64,000 nt of DNA from Squalus acanthias (taxonomy: Eukaryota). Positions 13,500 to 26,389 of this stretch are shown one piece after another. Within the stretch, counting starts at the first letter, position 1. Every line of letters begins with the position of its first letter. The stretch is from positions 145,330,001 through 145,394,000 of the forward strand of contig CM059432.1 in assembly GCA_030390025.1 (NCBI GenBank). The letters are read 5' to 3'. Below the pieces are notes generated by a model that was given only the letters and a program-made list of their open reading frames with translations, ran no database searches and was not told the DNA's origin. The position numbers and the translations under genes were made by a program.

Positions 13500-14380
13500 C
13501 ACTTCTCGATCCCTCCACTGCCTCTGTTGTCAGCCTGCCTGTCTGACATCCAGTCCTGGTTGAGTTGTAATTTCCTCCAATTAAACATTAGGAAGACCAA
13601 AGCCACTGCCTTTAGCTGCCGCCACAAAAGCCGTTCCCTCGCCACCAATTCCATCCCCCTCCCCGTCCACTGTCCCAGGCTGAACCAGACTGTTCGCAAC
13701 CTCGGCATCTTATTTGACCCTGAACTGAGCTTCCGCTCCATAATCTCTCCGTCATAAATACCACCTACTTCTACCACTGTAACATCGACCATCTTTGCCC
13801 TTGCCTCAGCCCATCCACTGCTAAAACCTTCATCTATGCTCGTTACCTCCAGACTCGACTATTCCAATGCTCTCCTTGCCAGTCTCCTATCTTCCACCCT
13901 CCATAAACTTGAGCTCATCCAAAATTCTGCTACACATATTCTAACCCGCACCAAGTCCCATTCACCCATGTGCTCGCTGACCTACATTGGTTCCTGGTTC
14001 ACCAACGCCTAGATTTTCAAATTCTCGTCCTTGTATTCAAATCCCTCCATGATCTTGCCTCTCTCTAGCTCTGTAACCTCCTCCCCCAGTCCTACAACCC
14101 TCCAAGCACTCCGTGTTCCAACTCTGGCCTCTAATGCATCACCCACTCCTTTCGCCCTACTACTGGCATCCATGCCTTCAGCCATCTGGACCCCAAGCTC
14201 TCCCTTCTCCTTTAAGACCCTCCTTAAAATCTACCTCCTTGACCAAGCTTTTAGTCAACACGCTGAATACCTCCTTCATTGGTTTGGTGTCTGTTTTTGT
14301 CTGATTATGTTCCTATTAAGCACCATGGGACATTTTCCTACATTAAAAAGGAGCTATATAAATGCAAATTGTTGTTTGAT
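13500..14380 (+). mobile_element. L2-clade LINE 3' fragment
   Basis: SACLSDIQSWLSCNFLQLNIRKTK and VRNLGILFD motifs; tail ctatataaatgcaaattgttg. Confidence 0.85.
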
Positions 14381-16789
14381 ATGAGGCTTCTAGGAAAATA
14401 AATGACTCTACCCCAGACTAGATATTTTCAGCCATTAGGCACAAAAGTCTCAAAAAACAAGATGTTGCTACAATCATGTAGACATCAAACCTCCCCCGGG
14501 CATACTTGCCTATTTCAGCATGAATGTTTTTCTTCAAATAAGCTTTCAGTGATCCTTTGTGACTGACATGGACAATGATTTTTATTTCTTTTCTTTCAAG
14601 GACAAGTTACAAAACAGTATCAAGAAGGGCAAGACTGAAAATAATATTGGTACAAAAATATAACATTGTCACTGTTGAAAGTTTTCCACTGCAAAGGAAA
14701 AAGGTCACTGCATTTTTAGATTACCCCATGCTGCTAAAAACGTGACAAAAATAGGTGTAGTGTTTGTCTTTGATGTGAATCAGTCCAGGGTCTTTAACCG
14801 ACAGGTAGGAAACAAAAAGGATATTTTTAATCATTGCCCTTCTGCAAGTGGCCTCCCCCAACTCAAAATAATCCAGAATGGCTTCTAATACTGACTACCC
14901 AATAATGTAGTAAAAAAAATCACACTGATGCAAATTTAAAACAACATGCATTATAAACTTTGTTGTCTACAATGTATAAATACATCTTGGTTATGCAATG
15001 TGATATCTCCGTGTGGTAAGTAATCTGATTTATAATCATTTGCAACCACGATCAAGATGAATCTGATCAGAATCATCCTAAAAAGCAATATTGCTGCATC
15101 CAAGTCAGTGCCTCCAGATAATGCAAGAATTTATTTAAGTGAGCATATCCTTTACTACAGTATTGTTTATACTTGAAAATCACCTTGGCACAATGTTGTA
15201 AACACTGTTCACGTCAACATTAATGAATCTACTTGCCTGGTTCTGGAGTAAATAGAAGGTGCTCTCCAGCTCACAGCAACATGACATATGTGGCTCACAC
15301 CAGAGGCTATGCAAAGGTACTAGAAATCACACTCTGGAAGGAGTGGATATTGAAAGCTAGAAAAGTGTCTCTCGGGTCTTTTTGCATTGGGTTGCTCTGC
15401 CACCAAGTACCAAAAGGTATGAATACCAGCCTGGAGCTGCTTTAGTGCAGTACAAAGGCTAAATATGTAAATCAAGATTAAAAAGTGCTTGTATTTTGAA
15501 ATTTAGCTGCATTAAGAGGATATTAGGGCAAGGATAAATATATGAATTTGACCCTTTTGACCCTGGTAGCTGTAGACACAGAAAGATTGGTAGAAATTAC
15601 ATATGCCACAGATGGGCAAGTCACATATCCCACACACAATGCATCCTCCAGCAACTCTCATTCAGTAATGGTTAACTATTTCTACATCCGAGTACAAAGA
15701 ACACAACTCAAGACAGCATGTGGGAGAGATCCACAGAATAGACCCCAATGCTGAAGTACAGCTGCATCTGCTCGAGTTCCTGGCAAAAACATGGAGACTT
15801 TGTTTAAAGTCTAGCAAATCTTTGCTGCTTCTCCAGCCGTATTCATCACTGTAGAGGACTGACAGATTGACCTATCTCTTTAATACTGTATAGAGTTTAG
15901 ACAGGTTTTTCCACATTGACAGAATCTACCATATCCGAGACTTCTACCCATCTGTTTGTCACAGTGCTGAACCCAGTGAATTTTTTGGGATTAGCTTCAC
16001 TTGAATGATTTCAGCACGCACCCAGCAGGATTCTCACCAACACCAGGAAGCCCATGTTGGGCAGGTGGAGGAAAACCACTGATGCAGAGCCAGCAACTTC
16101 TTAGGCAGCTGAAAACAAGGGTCCTTAGGGTTCCAGGGGTGTAAATGATTGATTTAAATATTACATTTCCTCCTGCCCACAGTAGCAATGGTGGGCGCCA
16201 ATAACATACTTGCATTCCCTCTTGTCTGATGTTATGATGGTAATAATGAATAATACATCAAATTATGCTGTTCTGTCATTATCACCTAACTTGAATACAG
16301 CTGCGGTCAATTCTGGTGGAAAATCTTGGAAGTGCTGGAGAGCCAACAGAATAGCTCTCTGGCCAATTCTCAGCCTCTGCCCATCCCAGATCTGACAGAG
16401 CAACAGCCAGAGGGCCTCCAGTCAGGATTTTCTTTGCTGGCCTAAATAAATTTTAAACTTACCTTATTCCAAGTTCAAAGAAAATGCTGGCAAGCCGTTT
16501 TCAGAACCTTTGATCCGAAGGGATGAGCCGGCAACCTCTAATGCCCGCTTTCTCTGGCCACTTCTCTTCTGTGATAATTGTTGGACAGAAACCCCAGAAA
16601 ATAACTAGATGTATGTCATCACTCCCACATCAGTAATATAAAATTTGTATGCTCCCATCTGTTTCAGGTAGGAACTTCCCAGACATGCCAGGGATGCCTC
16701 TGCAAAGGGAGCACAGACTCTCTGTTATGGGGCTCCACTCCAATTTGCTCATTCTAATGCCCTAGAAACTGGCTCACATAGGGAATTAG

Positions 16790-18225
16790 GAGGAAGAAAA
16801 ATGGCCTCTGGGTCTCAATATTGCTTGTAAAACTAAAGGAAATAGCTTACACAAATGCCAAGAAAAGTGGTAATCTCGCAGACTGGGAGAAATATGGAAA
16901 GCAACAAAAGGACACAAAAAATATTAAGAGCTGCAAAAAGGGAATATGAAAAGTTACTTGCAAGTAATATAAAGGCTTATAGTAAAAGTTTTTATAAATA
17001 TATTAAGAGCTAGAGAGTGGCTAAGGGAGATGTGGGCCATTAAAGACAGACTCAGGTGATACTGTAATGGACAACAAGATAATGGCAGATTTATTAAACA
17101 GGTACTTTGTATTCATTTTCACAGTAGAGGAAGAGGATAAAATACCAGTGATAAAAAGGAAACTAAAAATAATTTGGGGGGTGGGAACTTATTTGATTCA
17201 ATATAAGTAACAAAATAGTAATGGAGAAAATAATGGGGCTTAAAATAGATAAATCTCCAGGATCTGATGGTTTCCACCTCAGGATATTAGGGAGTTGCAG
17301 AAGCTTTAGTCATAATCTTTCAAAGCTTCCTTTATTCGGGAATTTTGCTGTTAGATTGGAAATTTGCTAATGCCACTCCATTATTTAAGAAGGGTGGAAG
17401 AGAGAAACCAGATTAACTACAGGCCTGTCAATTTAACACCAGTTGTGGGGAAGGTACTAGAGTCTGTCATTTGGAAGAGTTCCTGAGCACTTGAACAAAT
17501 ATGAGCTGATCAGAGAGAGCCAACAAGGCTTTGTGGTAAGTCATATCTGACTAATCTAGTTGAATTTAATAAGGTAGGTAAGGGACTGTCTATGGATGGA
17601 CTTCCAGACCACATTTGATAAGGTTTCACTCGAGATTATTAGCAACAATGAGAATTGGAGGTAGCCTTTTGACTTGGGAGGTAGGAGACAGAGAGTGGAG
17701 ATAAAGGGTAGGGACTTGATTGGCAGGATGTGACAAGTGGTGCTTCTCAGGGATCTGTTCTGGAGCCTTAACTTTCCACCATATTTATTAATAACTTGGA
17801 TGAAGGAATAGAGAATTGCATGTCCAAATTTGTAGATTACACTAAGCTAGGAGGGACAGCAAGTAGTGCAGATGGGACCAGGAAGTTACAAAGGGACATA
17901 GATTAAGTGAGGCGGTAAAACTATGGCAAATAGAGTTCAATGTGGGCAAGCGTGAGGTCATCTACTTTGGACTTAAGATACATCGGAATATTTTCTAAAT
18001 GGTGAGAAACTCGGAGCTGTTGGGGGGAGGGGGCGGGGCAAATAGATTTGGGAGTTCAAGTACACAAATCATTAAAATCCAATAGATAGGTACAAAAAGC
18101 AATCAAGACAGTTGTATAGAGCCTTGATCAGACCCTATCTGGAGTACTACATTCAGTTTTACGCACTGCACCTCAGGAAGGATATATTGGCCTTGGAGGG
18201 GGTGCAGCGCAGATTAGCCAGATTA
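16790..18225 (+). mobile_element. CR1 LINE ORF2, heavily decayed
   Basis: Recognisable pieces DKSPGSDGFH, ANATPLFKKG, NYRPVNLT, QGSVL and LALEGVQRR, in shifting frames. Confidence 0.8.
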
Positions 18226-19689
18226 GATTGAGTGTAAAAAGGAAAAGTAAGAAAAAAAATTAAAAATTAAAATTCACAAAGCCTCCAGGAACTACCTGCA
18301 GGAGTGAGACGCCAGTTTAATTTTTCCCTTTCTGGGCCTCCAAGGTTGAGTTTCATGTCAGGACCATAGATCATGTCATTAACAGGGTCCTTATGGCATG
18401 AAATGCCAGCCCTAAATGTCTGTGGCGAGATTTATTTGTTTTAACAGCGCTAACCCAGCAATTTCTTGATAGGTTGACGGTGAGCTCCTGTTTTTGCGAG
18501 GTTAACGGCAGAGCAGCGCAAATCGTCCAGCAATTTTTAGAGGTTCACAACTCACGGCATATCTCTTCCTCGCCACAAATTGCTGTTTTTTTAAAAATAC
18601 GCACTAATAATAGTGGGGGCCATGAACCCACCATTATTTTTCCAGCAATTTCTAGGCCACTATTTTGTAATTTTATCAGAGTTTCATTGCAGAAAGGGAT
18701 AAAAATCTGGTGGCCTATTTGTATTTGATCTGCCTAACGTGTTTAGGTTTCATTGCGAAAGAAAGACAATACACATATGTTAAACTAGTAAGGTGCATCT
18801 TTGCTATAGGAAGAATTACTATAAAACCTAAATTAATTTTATTTGAATCTATTTTCTATCAAGAATATCTGGACATTCAGTTAGGTTCTAGGGTTACAGA
18901 AGCTAGTCTTGAACTGTCGGAAGGATGTGGAGGTATGAGACAGATGGACAAGAGAATTCTAAATATGAAAAACACAGACTAAACAAAGACGGGTGGAAAA
19001 ACAGATGGATAAGATTAATGGGTGAAACCCGAGTGGATTGTCTTGTAACCTGTGGTCAGTTCAAATATCATGTAGTGCTTTATTTAAGTGTAGGGGCATG
19101 GGTTCATAAACAGAACGGAATGCAGAAGCATTTTGTTCTTCCCACACAGGCAATTAATTTCAGCTGATAACAAAGAGGCATTACTTTCATATTTTATTAG
19201 TAAACTTATGCAGATTTTGCAAATTAACTAGTGCCTGATGCATTAACTTAAGGCATTTTGTGCAGCTTCAGGAAACTGTGAAGAAGTAGGACCAACACTT
19301 TCAAATGCTGACTTTTTTTTGAAATTTAACAATAGGTTACTTAGTTTTTATGGGGTTAGAAAAAAATTGAAACTTAGAATTTGCTATGCAATTGAAAATC
19401 TATTAAATTTCATTGTCTAAGACCTAGTGTGGCAATGGATATCTTTAATTCAGTCACGGTACATAATTGGCTGAAACCAGCTTCAGGCACAGAAATCATG
19501 TACCATCTTAACTTGATACAATTATTTCAACAATTAGTGGGCTTGTCTGATACCTTTAATACCTGATTGGCAACAATTTACATTGGACTTTCTGAAATGG
19601 GTATCAGTAAATTTACTTTTTTGCATTTTATTTTTATGCCCTGTTAGCTATTTTTTCCAGGTGGGTAGTTCAATTTAGATGTGACAAAT

Positions 19690-21330
19690 TGTATTCCAAA
19701 GGAGGTCTGTGTTTGCACTTCTTTTATTTACTATTTACATAAATGGTCTGGACTTGGAAATTGAGGGAATAATATTGAAATTTGTTGACAACACTAAATT
19801 AGGAGTATGGCAAATTGTGACAAAGATTTGTAAAAGTGTGCCAGATATAGGTAGGCTAACATGATACTGAAATGGAAGGGATACTAAATAGGTACTATGT
19901 ATGATACTGAAACAGCAGGAACACTGAATAGATACTTTGCCTCAGTTTTCACTGAAAAGGCTAACAAAGTGGAAATGACAACAGTAGAAGTAAAGAGGGA
20001 TATTACAACAGTTAGAAAGAAAGGAGATACTAGACAAACTAGCCAAACTTAGGGAGGACAAAAGCCTGAGTCCAGATGGATTGCACCAACAGATACTAAG
20101 GAGGCAATAGCAGAGGCACTATTATCCTTATATAAAAATTCAATAGGAAAAGAAATAGTGCTAGAGGATTGGCGAACAGCAAATGTAATTCCTATCTTCA
20201 TAAAGGGAGATACAAATAATCCAAGGAACTAGAGGCCAGTTAGCTTAACCTCAGTGGTGGTAAAAAAAAAGTCAGCATAAATTTCTAATAGGAAGGTCAT
20301 GTTTAACCAAACTTTGGGACTTCTTCCAAAGAATTCAATAAGAGTCGACAAAGGCGATGTAGTGGATGCGGTATGCATGGACTTTCAGAAGGCCTTCAAT
20401 AAAAGGTGCCACATAAGAGATTCATTACAAAGGTCAGGGTGTGCAGAGTCAGGGGCCAGATAGCAGAATGGATTGAAAGATGGCTATAAAACAGAAAATA
20501 GGAGATAAGGGAAGTTTATCGGCTGGCAGAAAGTAGGAGTTGGTGTCTTGCAGGGATCCGTGCTAGCACCAATGTCACTCACCATATACATAAATGATTT
20601 GGAATCAGGAATTAGAGGTATGGTGTTGAAATTCACAGGTGACACTGAATTTTAAAAAAATTTTTTGGGGGGGTTCGGTGAAAAGAGGTTAGCTAACAAT
20701 ATGGAGAACTACACCAAAATACAGGAAAACGTAAACTGGCTTGCAAAGTAGACAGGTAAATGGAAAATGAAATTCAATAGTGAAGTGCGAGGTGCTTAAT
20801 TTTGGTCGGAGAAATAAGGAGGTCACTTATTCCTTGGAATTTGGAATCATAGAAATTTATGGCACAGAAGGAGGCCAGTCGGCCCATTTTGTTCGTGCCG
20901 GCTGACAAAGAGCTATCCACCCGAATCCCACCTCCCAGCACTTGGCCCGTAGCCTTGTAGGTTACGGCACTTCAAATGCATATCCAAGTACTTTTTAAAT
21001 GTGATAAAGGTCTCTGCCTCTACCACCCTTTCAGGCAGTGAGTTCCAGACCCCCACCACCCTCTGGGTGAAAACATTTCTCCTCAAATCCCCTCTAAACC
21101 TCCTACCAATTACTTTAAATCTATGCCCCCTGGTTATTGACCCTTCAGCTAAGGGAAATAGGTCCTTCCTATCCACTCTACCCAGGCCCCTCATAATTTT
21201 ATACACCTCAATTAGGTCTCCCCTCAGCCTCCTCTGTTCCAAAGAAAACAACCCCAGCCTATTTTAAGAAGCTAAATGGGGTAGAGGAACAGAGATCTGG
21301 GAAAACAGATACATACATCACTAAAGGTTT
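19690..21330 (+). mobile_element. Old CR1 ORF2 remnants, interrupted by a younger CR1 (20845-21262)
   Basis: DWRTANVIPIF, RPVSLTSVV, MDFQKAF and QGSVL motifs; the old copy resumes after 21262 (LNGVEEQRSG). Confidence 0.7.
20845..21262 (-). mobile_element. CR1 LINE 3' fragment, young
   Basis: Uninterrupted FSLEQRRLRGDLIEVYKIM..FTQRVVGVWNSLP..QGYG; CR1-type 3' hairpin and ttctatgattc tail. Confidence 0.9.
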
Positions 21331-22009
21331 TCCCTCTATTTCTACATTAAAGAAATTGTATTTCTTTTCTTTTATCCTCCTCCCAGAATGTTCTCTCCAT
21401 TGTATAGATCCCATAAGGTTTTAGCAACATACATCAAACTTATTCAATGCCTTCATTGGTAGAATTATTTGTTGTTTATGGTACTAAACTCATTGGGAAG
21501 TCCATCCTAAAAATCTGTATAGCCTTAAAGCTTGAGGAATGCATACTCCATAGCTAAACCTCACTGGTGGAAATCCTGTTGCTACTGTCAAAGGCCAGTC
21601 AACCTGATCTATGAATCCTACTTGGAAGCATGCACTCAAACACTGTCTGGCAGTAACCTGGAGCATTAGCCAGATATTCTCAAGTCATTATTGTGTAGAG
21701 TTAATCGGGGAGAAGATCCTGTTTGAGAGATCAAATGGTAGATCTAGAATTTCTATTGCTGCTTAAGAGTACATTATCGTCCCACAACTTTAGTAGCCCT
21801 CAGCATTGCATGGGGGTATGCAACATGTAGGAAAAATGTACCTACTGTATGGTCATTCGACAAAGAAACATCATCTATACACCATGTACGCATGCATCAG
21901 GCCAGCCCCCTCAGTTCTTGCAAGGGAGATCCATTTTGTTGTCCCCAAGCTCTCTCCAATGTCAAAATAAACTAGGTCAAAGGGAAGATCACACACCTAA
22001 TTCTATGGA

Positions 22010-22365
22010 ATGAAATGAGGCAAGACTGGAGAAACTTGGGGTTTTCAGGCTGAAGAGGAGGATTCTGTGAGGTGCTCTTATAGAGGTATATAAGATTGTT
22101 AAGGAAATGGATATGGTAAATCCAGAATATTGCTTTAAATTAAACTGAGAGAAAATAGGACAAGAGGACATAGGATCAAACTAATAGCCATTTTAGGCCA
22201 GATATCTGGTAATTTTCCTTCACACACAGTACAGCGATCAGTATGTGGAATGGTTCAGTGGGGGCAAAAAAAACCGAGAATCATTTAAGAAACAATTGGA
22301 TGCTGCAATGAGAGGACTGTAGGGTTGCTCTGGGAGGATGGAGCAAATGGACCTTCCTGGTCTGT
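22010..22365 (+). mobile_element. CR1 3' fragment, decayed
   Basis: RLEKLGVFRLKRRIL*GALIEVYKI motif. Confidence 0.65.
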
Positions 22366-22374
22366 AATGATAAT

Positions 22375-23387
22375 GGCCCAAAAATTCGGCCGTTCTCGGG
22401 TGAGTACCCGCTGCATACTCACCCGTATTCGTTTCCGAAGTGCCGGTTTCCTGCATGCACTGCGCATGCGCGGGAAACCGGCACTTCCGGTATGGCGAAG
22501 GGGGCGGTTCCTAGGTGAACCGCGTGCACGCTAGAGGCTGCGCGCACGCAGCACACTTAGTTTTTTTTTTCAGGTTTCAACGCGAGGGTAAGTATGGAAG
22601 ATTCTACACAAGTAAAAAGGAGGCGTAAGAAACATAGAAACATAGAAACATAGAATCTAGGAGCAGGAGTAGGCCATTCGGCCCGTCGAGCCTGCTCCGC
22701 CATTCAATACGATCATGGCTGATCATCCAAATCCAGTACCCTGTCCCTGCTTTAATCCCCACAGTACACATATCCCACCCTACCCCCGTAACCCCACGTA
22801 TTTAATTCCCCCTAACATATCCCATCCTATCCCCATAACCCCACATATTTAATCCCCCCTAACACTAAGGGTCAATTTATCATAGCCAAATCAACCTAAC
22901 CCACACATTTTTGGACCCCTTTTGAACAAGGTAAGTAGTTAATTAAGTATAATTTTAAATTTTTTTCAACAGGTTTATTTTTTGAGAGACTTTAAAGAAA
23001 GGTAAGTTTATTTTTATAACTTTTAAAAAGAATTTAAATTTTTGTTTAAAGTGGTTAATTTATTTAACTATAGTTATTTTATTAATGTGATGGTTTAAAA
23101 AAAAATTATTTGAGGTTTAGCTGTTCTTTTGGGGCCGATTTCAATTCACAGATTTGACAGGTCTCCTGTCAAATCTATGAATGAAAGATGGTCTGCTGCC
23201 ATTGGCTCTCCATGGCCCACATCGCACTAACTGCGCCCCTGGAACACGCAAGCACTGCACGCCGGCACTTGGGAGAGGCCCAGGACCCGAAGTTCCTGTG
23301 GGCCCAAAACACAACGGCAGGCGCGGTGGGTAAGAGCGCGCGCGATCCTTACCCCCGCGGCAAGCCGGCCACCCGAATTTCTAGGCC
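22375..23387. mobile_element. Non-autonomous Harbinger-type DNA transposon (MITE), copy A, with a nested SINE
   Basis: Terminal inverted repeats GGCCCAAAAATTC / GAATTTCTAGGCC; 3-bp TSD AAT (22372-74 and 23388-90); homologous in inverted orientation to 30486-31249. Confidence 0.8.
22629..22917 (-). mobile_element. 5'-truncated V-SINE (HE1-like) body with a CR1-type 3' tail
   Basis: 22790-22917 is the reverse complement of the body of the SINE at about 49370-49470; (aaacatag)n tail and hairpin match the CR1 3' ends; absent from MITE copy B. Confidence 0.7.
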
Positions 23388-23434
23388 AATACGACCTTGA
23401 GTGTGGGGTGGGGGACAGCGGGGGAAGAGATGTG

Positions 23435-23700
23435 TGTAATAAATCCAATAGGGAATTAGGGAGAAACTCCTTGACCCAGAGAGTGGCGAGAATGTGGAAC
23501 TCCATACCACAGGGAGTGATTGAGGTGAATAGCATTGGTGCATTCAAGGGGAAGTTAGATAAACACATGAGGGAGCAATGAATAGAAGGATATGCTGACG
23601 GGGTGAGATGAAGAGGGGTGGGAGAAGGCTCGAGTGGAGCACAAACACCGGCATGGAGCAGCTGGGCCGAATGGCCTGTTTCTGTGCTGTACACTCGCTG
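23435..23700 (+). mobile_element. CR1 3' fragment
   Basis: aataaatccaatagggaattagggagaaac..agagtgg..atgtggaactc and gggccgaatggcct hairpin; paralog of 25115-25450. Confidence 0.7.
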
Positions 23701-24760
23701 TAACTATGTGCAATGTGAGGCAGAGCCGCCGGGTTGGTGGGGTGGCCCTGGCCCGATGGCCGCTCTGGGCTTTCCGAGGGTGCTGGTTCAGGGGGGCACC
23801 GAATAACCGACACCGGGCCAGCGAAATAAAAAGCACGAGGGCAGCGGCGCTCCCGGCGGAGCGCAGTGAGCACCTACTTTTTGCAGGGGATGTGGCCCTT
23901 CCTCTCCTCCAGGACCCGGACGCGCTGGTTCTGCCCGTCGTACGAGATCAGCACCCTGTTGTTCCTGCCCGTGTTGTGGTCGTACACGACGGCCCGGCCT
24001 TCCCACTGCTGGGGGGCCTGGCACGGCTTGGGCGGCTGCTGCTGCTGCTGCAGGGAGGGCCGGGGGACGCCGAAGGCGGGGGTGAGGCAGCACCAGAGCA
24101 GCGGCAGGAGCCGCAGCGCCACCGCGGCCGCGTTCGAGCCCGGGAGCCGGCCTGCGCGCGCCATCAGCCCGACCGTTACACTCGATTATTCGAAATGATT
24201 CCAAATCTAACGGCCGCTCCGCGTGACGCGCGTCACCGCCGCGAGACCTGCAGCAGCGGCGGCGGCGGCGCCAAGCCAAGCGGGCCGCGCGCGATCAGCT
24301 GTGTAAGGGCAAAGGTCAGCCCGCAGGTAAGGAGCGTCCAGCTCACACCTGGTCACCCACCAACCTACGTACACACACAGGGTGCATCCTGCGTGAGGTG
24401 ACTGCATGATGCTGTTTTGGCGCGATCAACTAAAACTGTAAGTTAACAAAAAAAAAACACAACAAATGAAACACAACAAATTAAATTAAAATTTGGTTGG
24501 ATGGTGCCACTCCAGTGCCTGCGGTGCCCACCGGTCGCGGAAGGCCTCGAGCGTGCCGGCAGACACCACGTGCTCCGTCTCTAGGGCCACAAACGTGGCC
24601 GCAGAAGAGAGGCAGGGCAGTCGGGCCGAACGACCCCCTCGACTGCCTGGACCTGTTATTGGCCACTTTGCTCCGACGAGGAGGTCCCCCCCCCCCCCCC
24701 CGACCTGTCCGCACCAGGTGACCAAAGATCAGGAGCGTAGGACTGAAGTGCAGCCAAAAA
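23700..24760. promoter_or_regulatory. CpG island over EPDR1 exon 1 and promoter
   Basis: Sharp rise in GC and CpG density against a CpG-poor background, spanning the start codon. Confidence 0.8.
23878..24164 (-). CDS. EPDR1: Ependymin-related protein 1, coding exon 1 (signal peptide and N-terminus)
   Basis: MARAG..LRLLPLLWCCLTPAFG signal peptide; PCQAPQQWEGR..LISYDGQNQRVRVLEERKGHIPCK; donor AA|GTAGGT. Exon lengths 287+209+191 = 687 nt = 228 aa plus stop. Confidence 0.95.
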
Positions 24761-25114
24761 ATCAAGGAGCAGCCCCTTCACATAGTGGAAGAGGGGCTGC
24801 AACCTCTCACAATCCACATAAACGTGGAACATGAACTCCTCCAGGCTGAGGTGACTACATGATGGAGAAGGAAAAATTCATTCATCCATCCATCCAGTCA
24901 CCCACCCCTCCCAGTGCAGCATCCAATTGTTCCTAATCACCTGTGTGCAGAGGAATTTTCTGCCATCAGTCTTAAATGCACCGTGGACCACTTTCAACTA
25001 ATGTCCCCCTGTTCTGCCCTTGTAGTTTAATTTAAAGTAATATTCTGCTGTTACTTTCCCCCCCATTCAGTTAACAATGTCGTTATATAATGTTTCTTTT
25101 TTTATTCATTCTCA

Positions 25115-25450
25115 TGTGGAGAGAATGTTTCCACTTGTGGGAGAAATCAAAACTAGTGACCATAAATACAAGATAGTTACTAATAAATCCAATAGAGAAT
25201 TAAGGAGAAACTTAGGGAGTGGTTAGAATGTAGAAATCGCTACCACAGCAAGTGGTTGAGGCAAATAGTTTAGATGCTTTCAAAAGGAAATTAGACAAGT
25301 GCATGAGAGAAAAGGGAATAGAAAGATATGCTGAAAGGCTGAGATGAGGCAGATGGAATGGGAGGAGTCTCGTGTGGAGTATAAACACCTGCTCAGACTA
25401 GTTGGGCCGAATGGCCTGTTTCTGTGCTGTACATTCTGTTATTCTATGTA
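25115..25450 (+). mobile_element. CR1 3' fragment
   Basis: DVERMFPLVGE-like coding remnant; 3' hairpin gggccgaatggcct and attct tail. Confidence 0.7.
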
Positions 25451-25599
25451 AAAAAAAAACAATGTAAATTTGTCACTTTGTATTTACATCCTCCTGCTAG
25501 TAATGGCACTTCCTATCTCCTCAGCTTGCAGAGAAATGCTTCTGCTGCAATGAGCTCTATTGCTCAAATTGCCATAACTTTTGCTATTGAACTATAAAT

Positions 25600-25865
25600 A
25601 ACAGAGAACTTGCATTTATATAGCACCTTTCATGTCCTCAGGATGTGCCAAAGCACTCAAGAGCTAATAAATTACTTTTGAAGTGTAGTCACTGTTGTAG
25701 GCAAATATGGTCGCCAGTTTGCACACAGCATGACCCCACAAACAACAATGAGATGAATGGCCAGTTCATTTGTTTTTTGGTGGTGTTCGTTGAGGGATAA
25801 ATGTTAGCCAGGACACCAAGAGAGCTCTGTGCTTTTCTTCAAGCAGTACCATGTGATCTTTTACA
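25600..25865 (-). mobile_element. Deu-domain SINE (SacSINE1/AmnSINE1-like), partial
   Basis: Homologous to 27735-28075 (ttgagggataaatgttagccaggacacc; cttgcatttatatagcacc tail). Confidence 0.65.
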
Positions 25866-25902
25866 TTTTTTAAATTATTTGTTCACAGGATGTGGGTGAT
25901 GT

Positions 25903-26120
25903 TTCGGCCGTGCTTTCAGCTGCCTAGGCCCTCCGTAAACCTCTCTGCCTCTGTCTCTCCTCCTTTATGATGCTCCTTAAAACCTATCTCTTTGACCAAG
26001 CTTTTGGTCATCTGTCCTAATATCTCCTATGTGGCTCGGTGTCAAATTTTGTTTGATAATGCTCCTGTGAAGTGCCTTGGGATGTTTTACTACGTTAAAG
26101 GTGCTCTATAAATGTAAGTT
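25903..26120 (+). mobile_element. L2 3' end nested in another non-LTR fragment (about 25875-26380, minus strand)
   Basis: tgtgaagtgccttgggatgttttactacgttaaaggtgctctataaatgtaagttg tail; flanked by gatg on both sides. Confidence 0.6.
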
Positions 26121-26389
26121 GATGCTGGCAAGCCCTCATTTGTTGCCCATCCCTAGTTATCCTGAGAAGTTGGCAGTGGTGCAGTCTTTGTGATGTTTCT
26201 CCCACATTGGCGTTAGGTAGGAAAATCCAAGATTCCGACCTAGCGGTGATGAAAGAATGACGATTTATATCCAAGTCAGGATAGTGCGTGACTTGGAGGT
26301 GACAGTGTTCCCATGACATTGCTGCTCTTGTCCTTGGTGGTAGAGGTCGCCAGGAGGGAGGTGCTGTTGAAGTAACCTATTTCTTCTAC

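Noticed and set aside
23634..24401. 255-aa plus-strand ORF and overlapping ORFs
   Set aside because: Antisense or alternative frames of GC-rich EPDR1 exon 1; few stops are expected in a CpG island.
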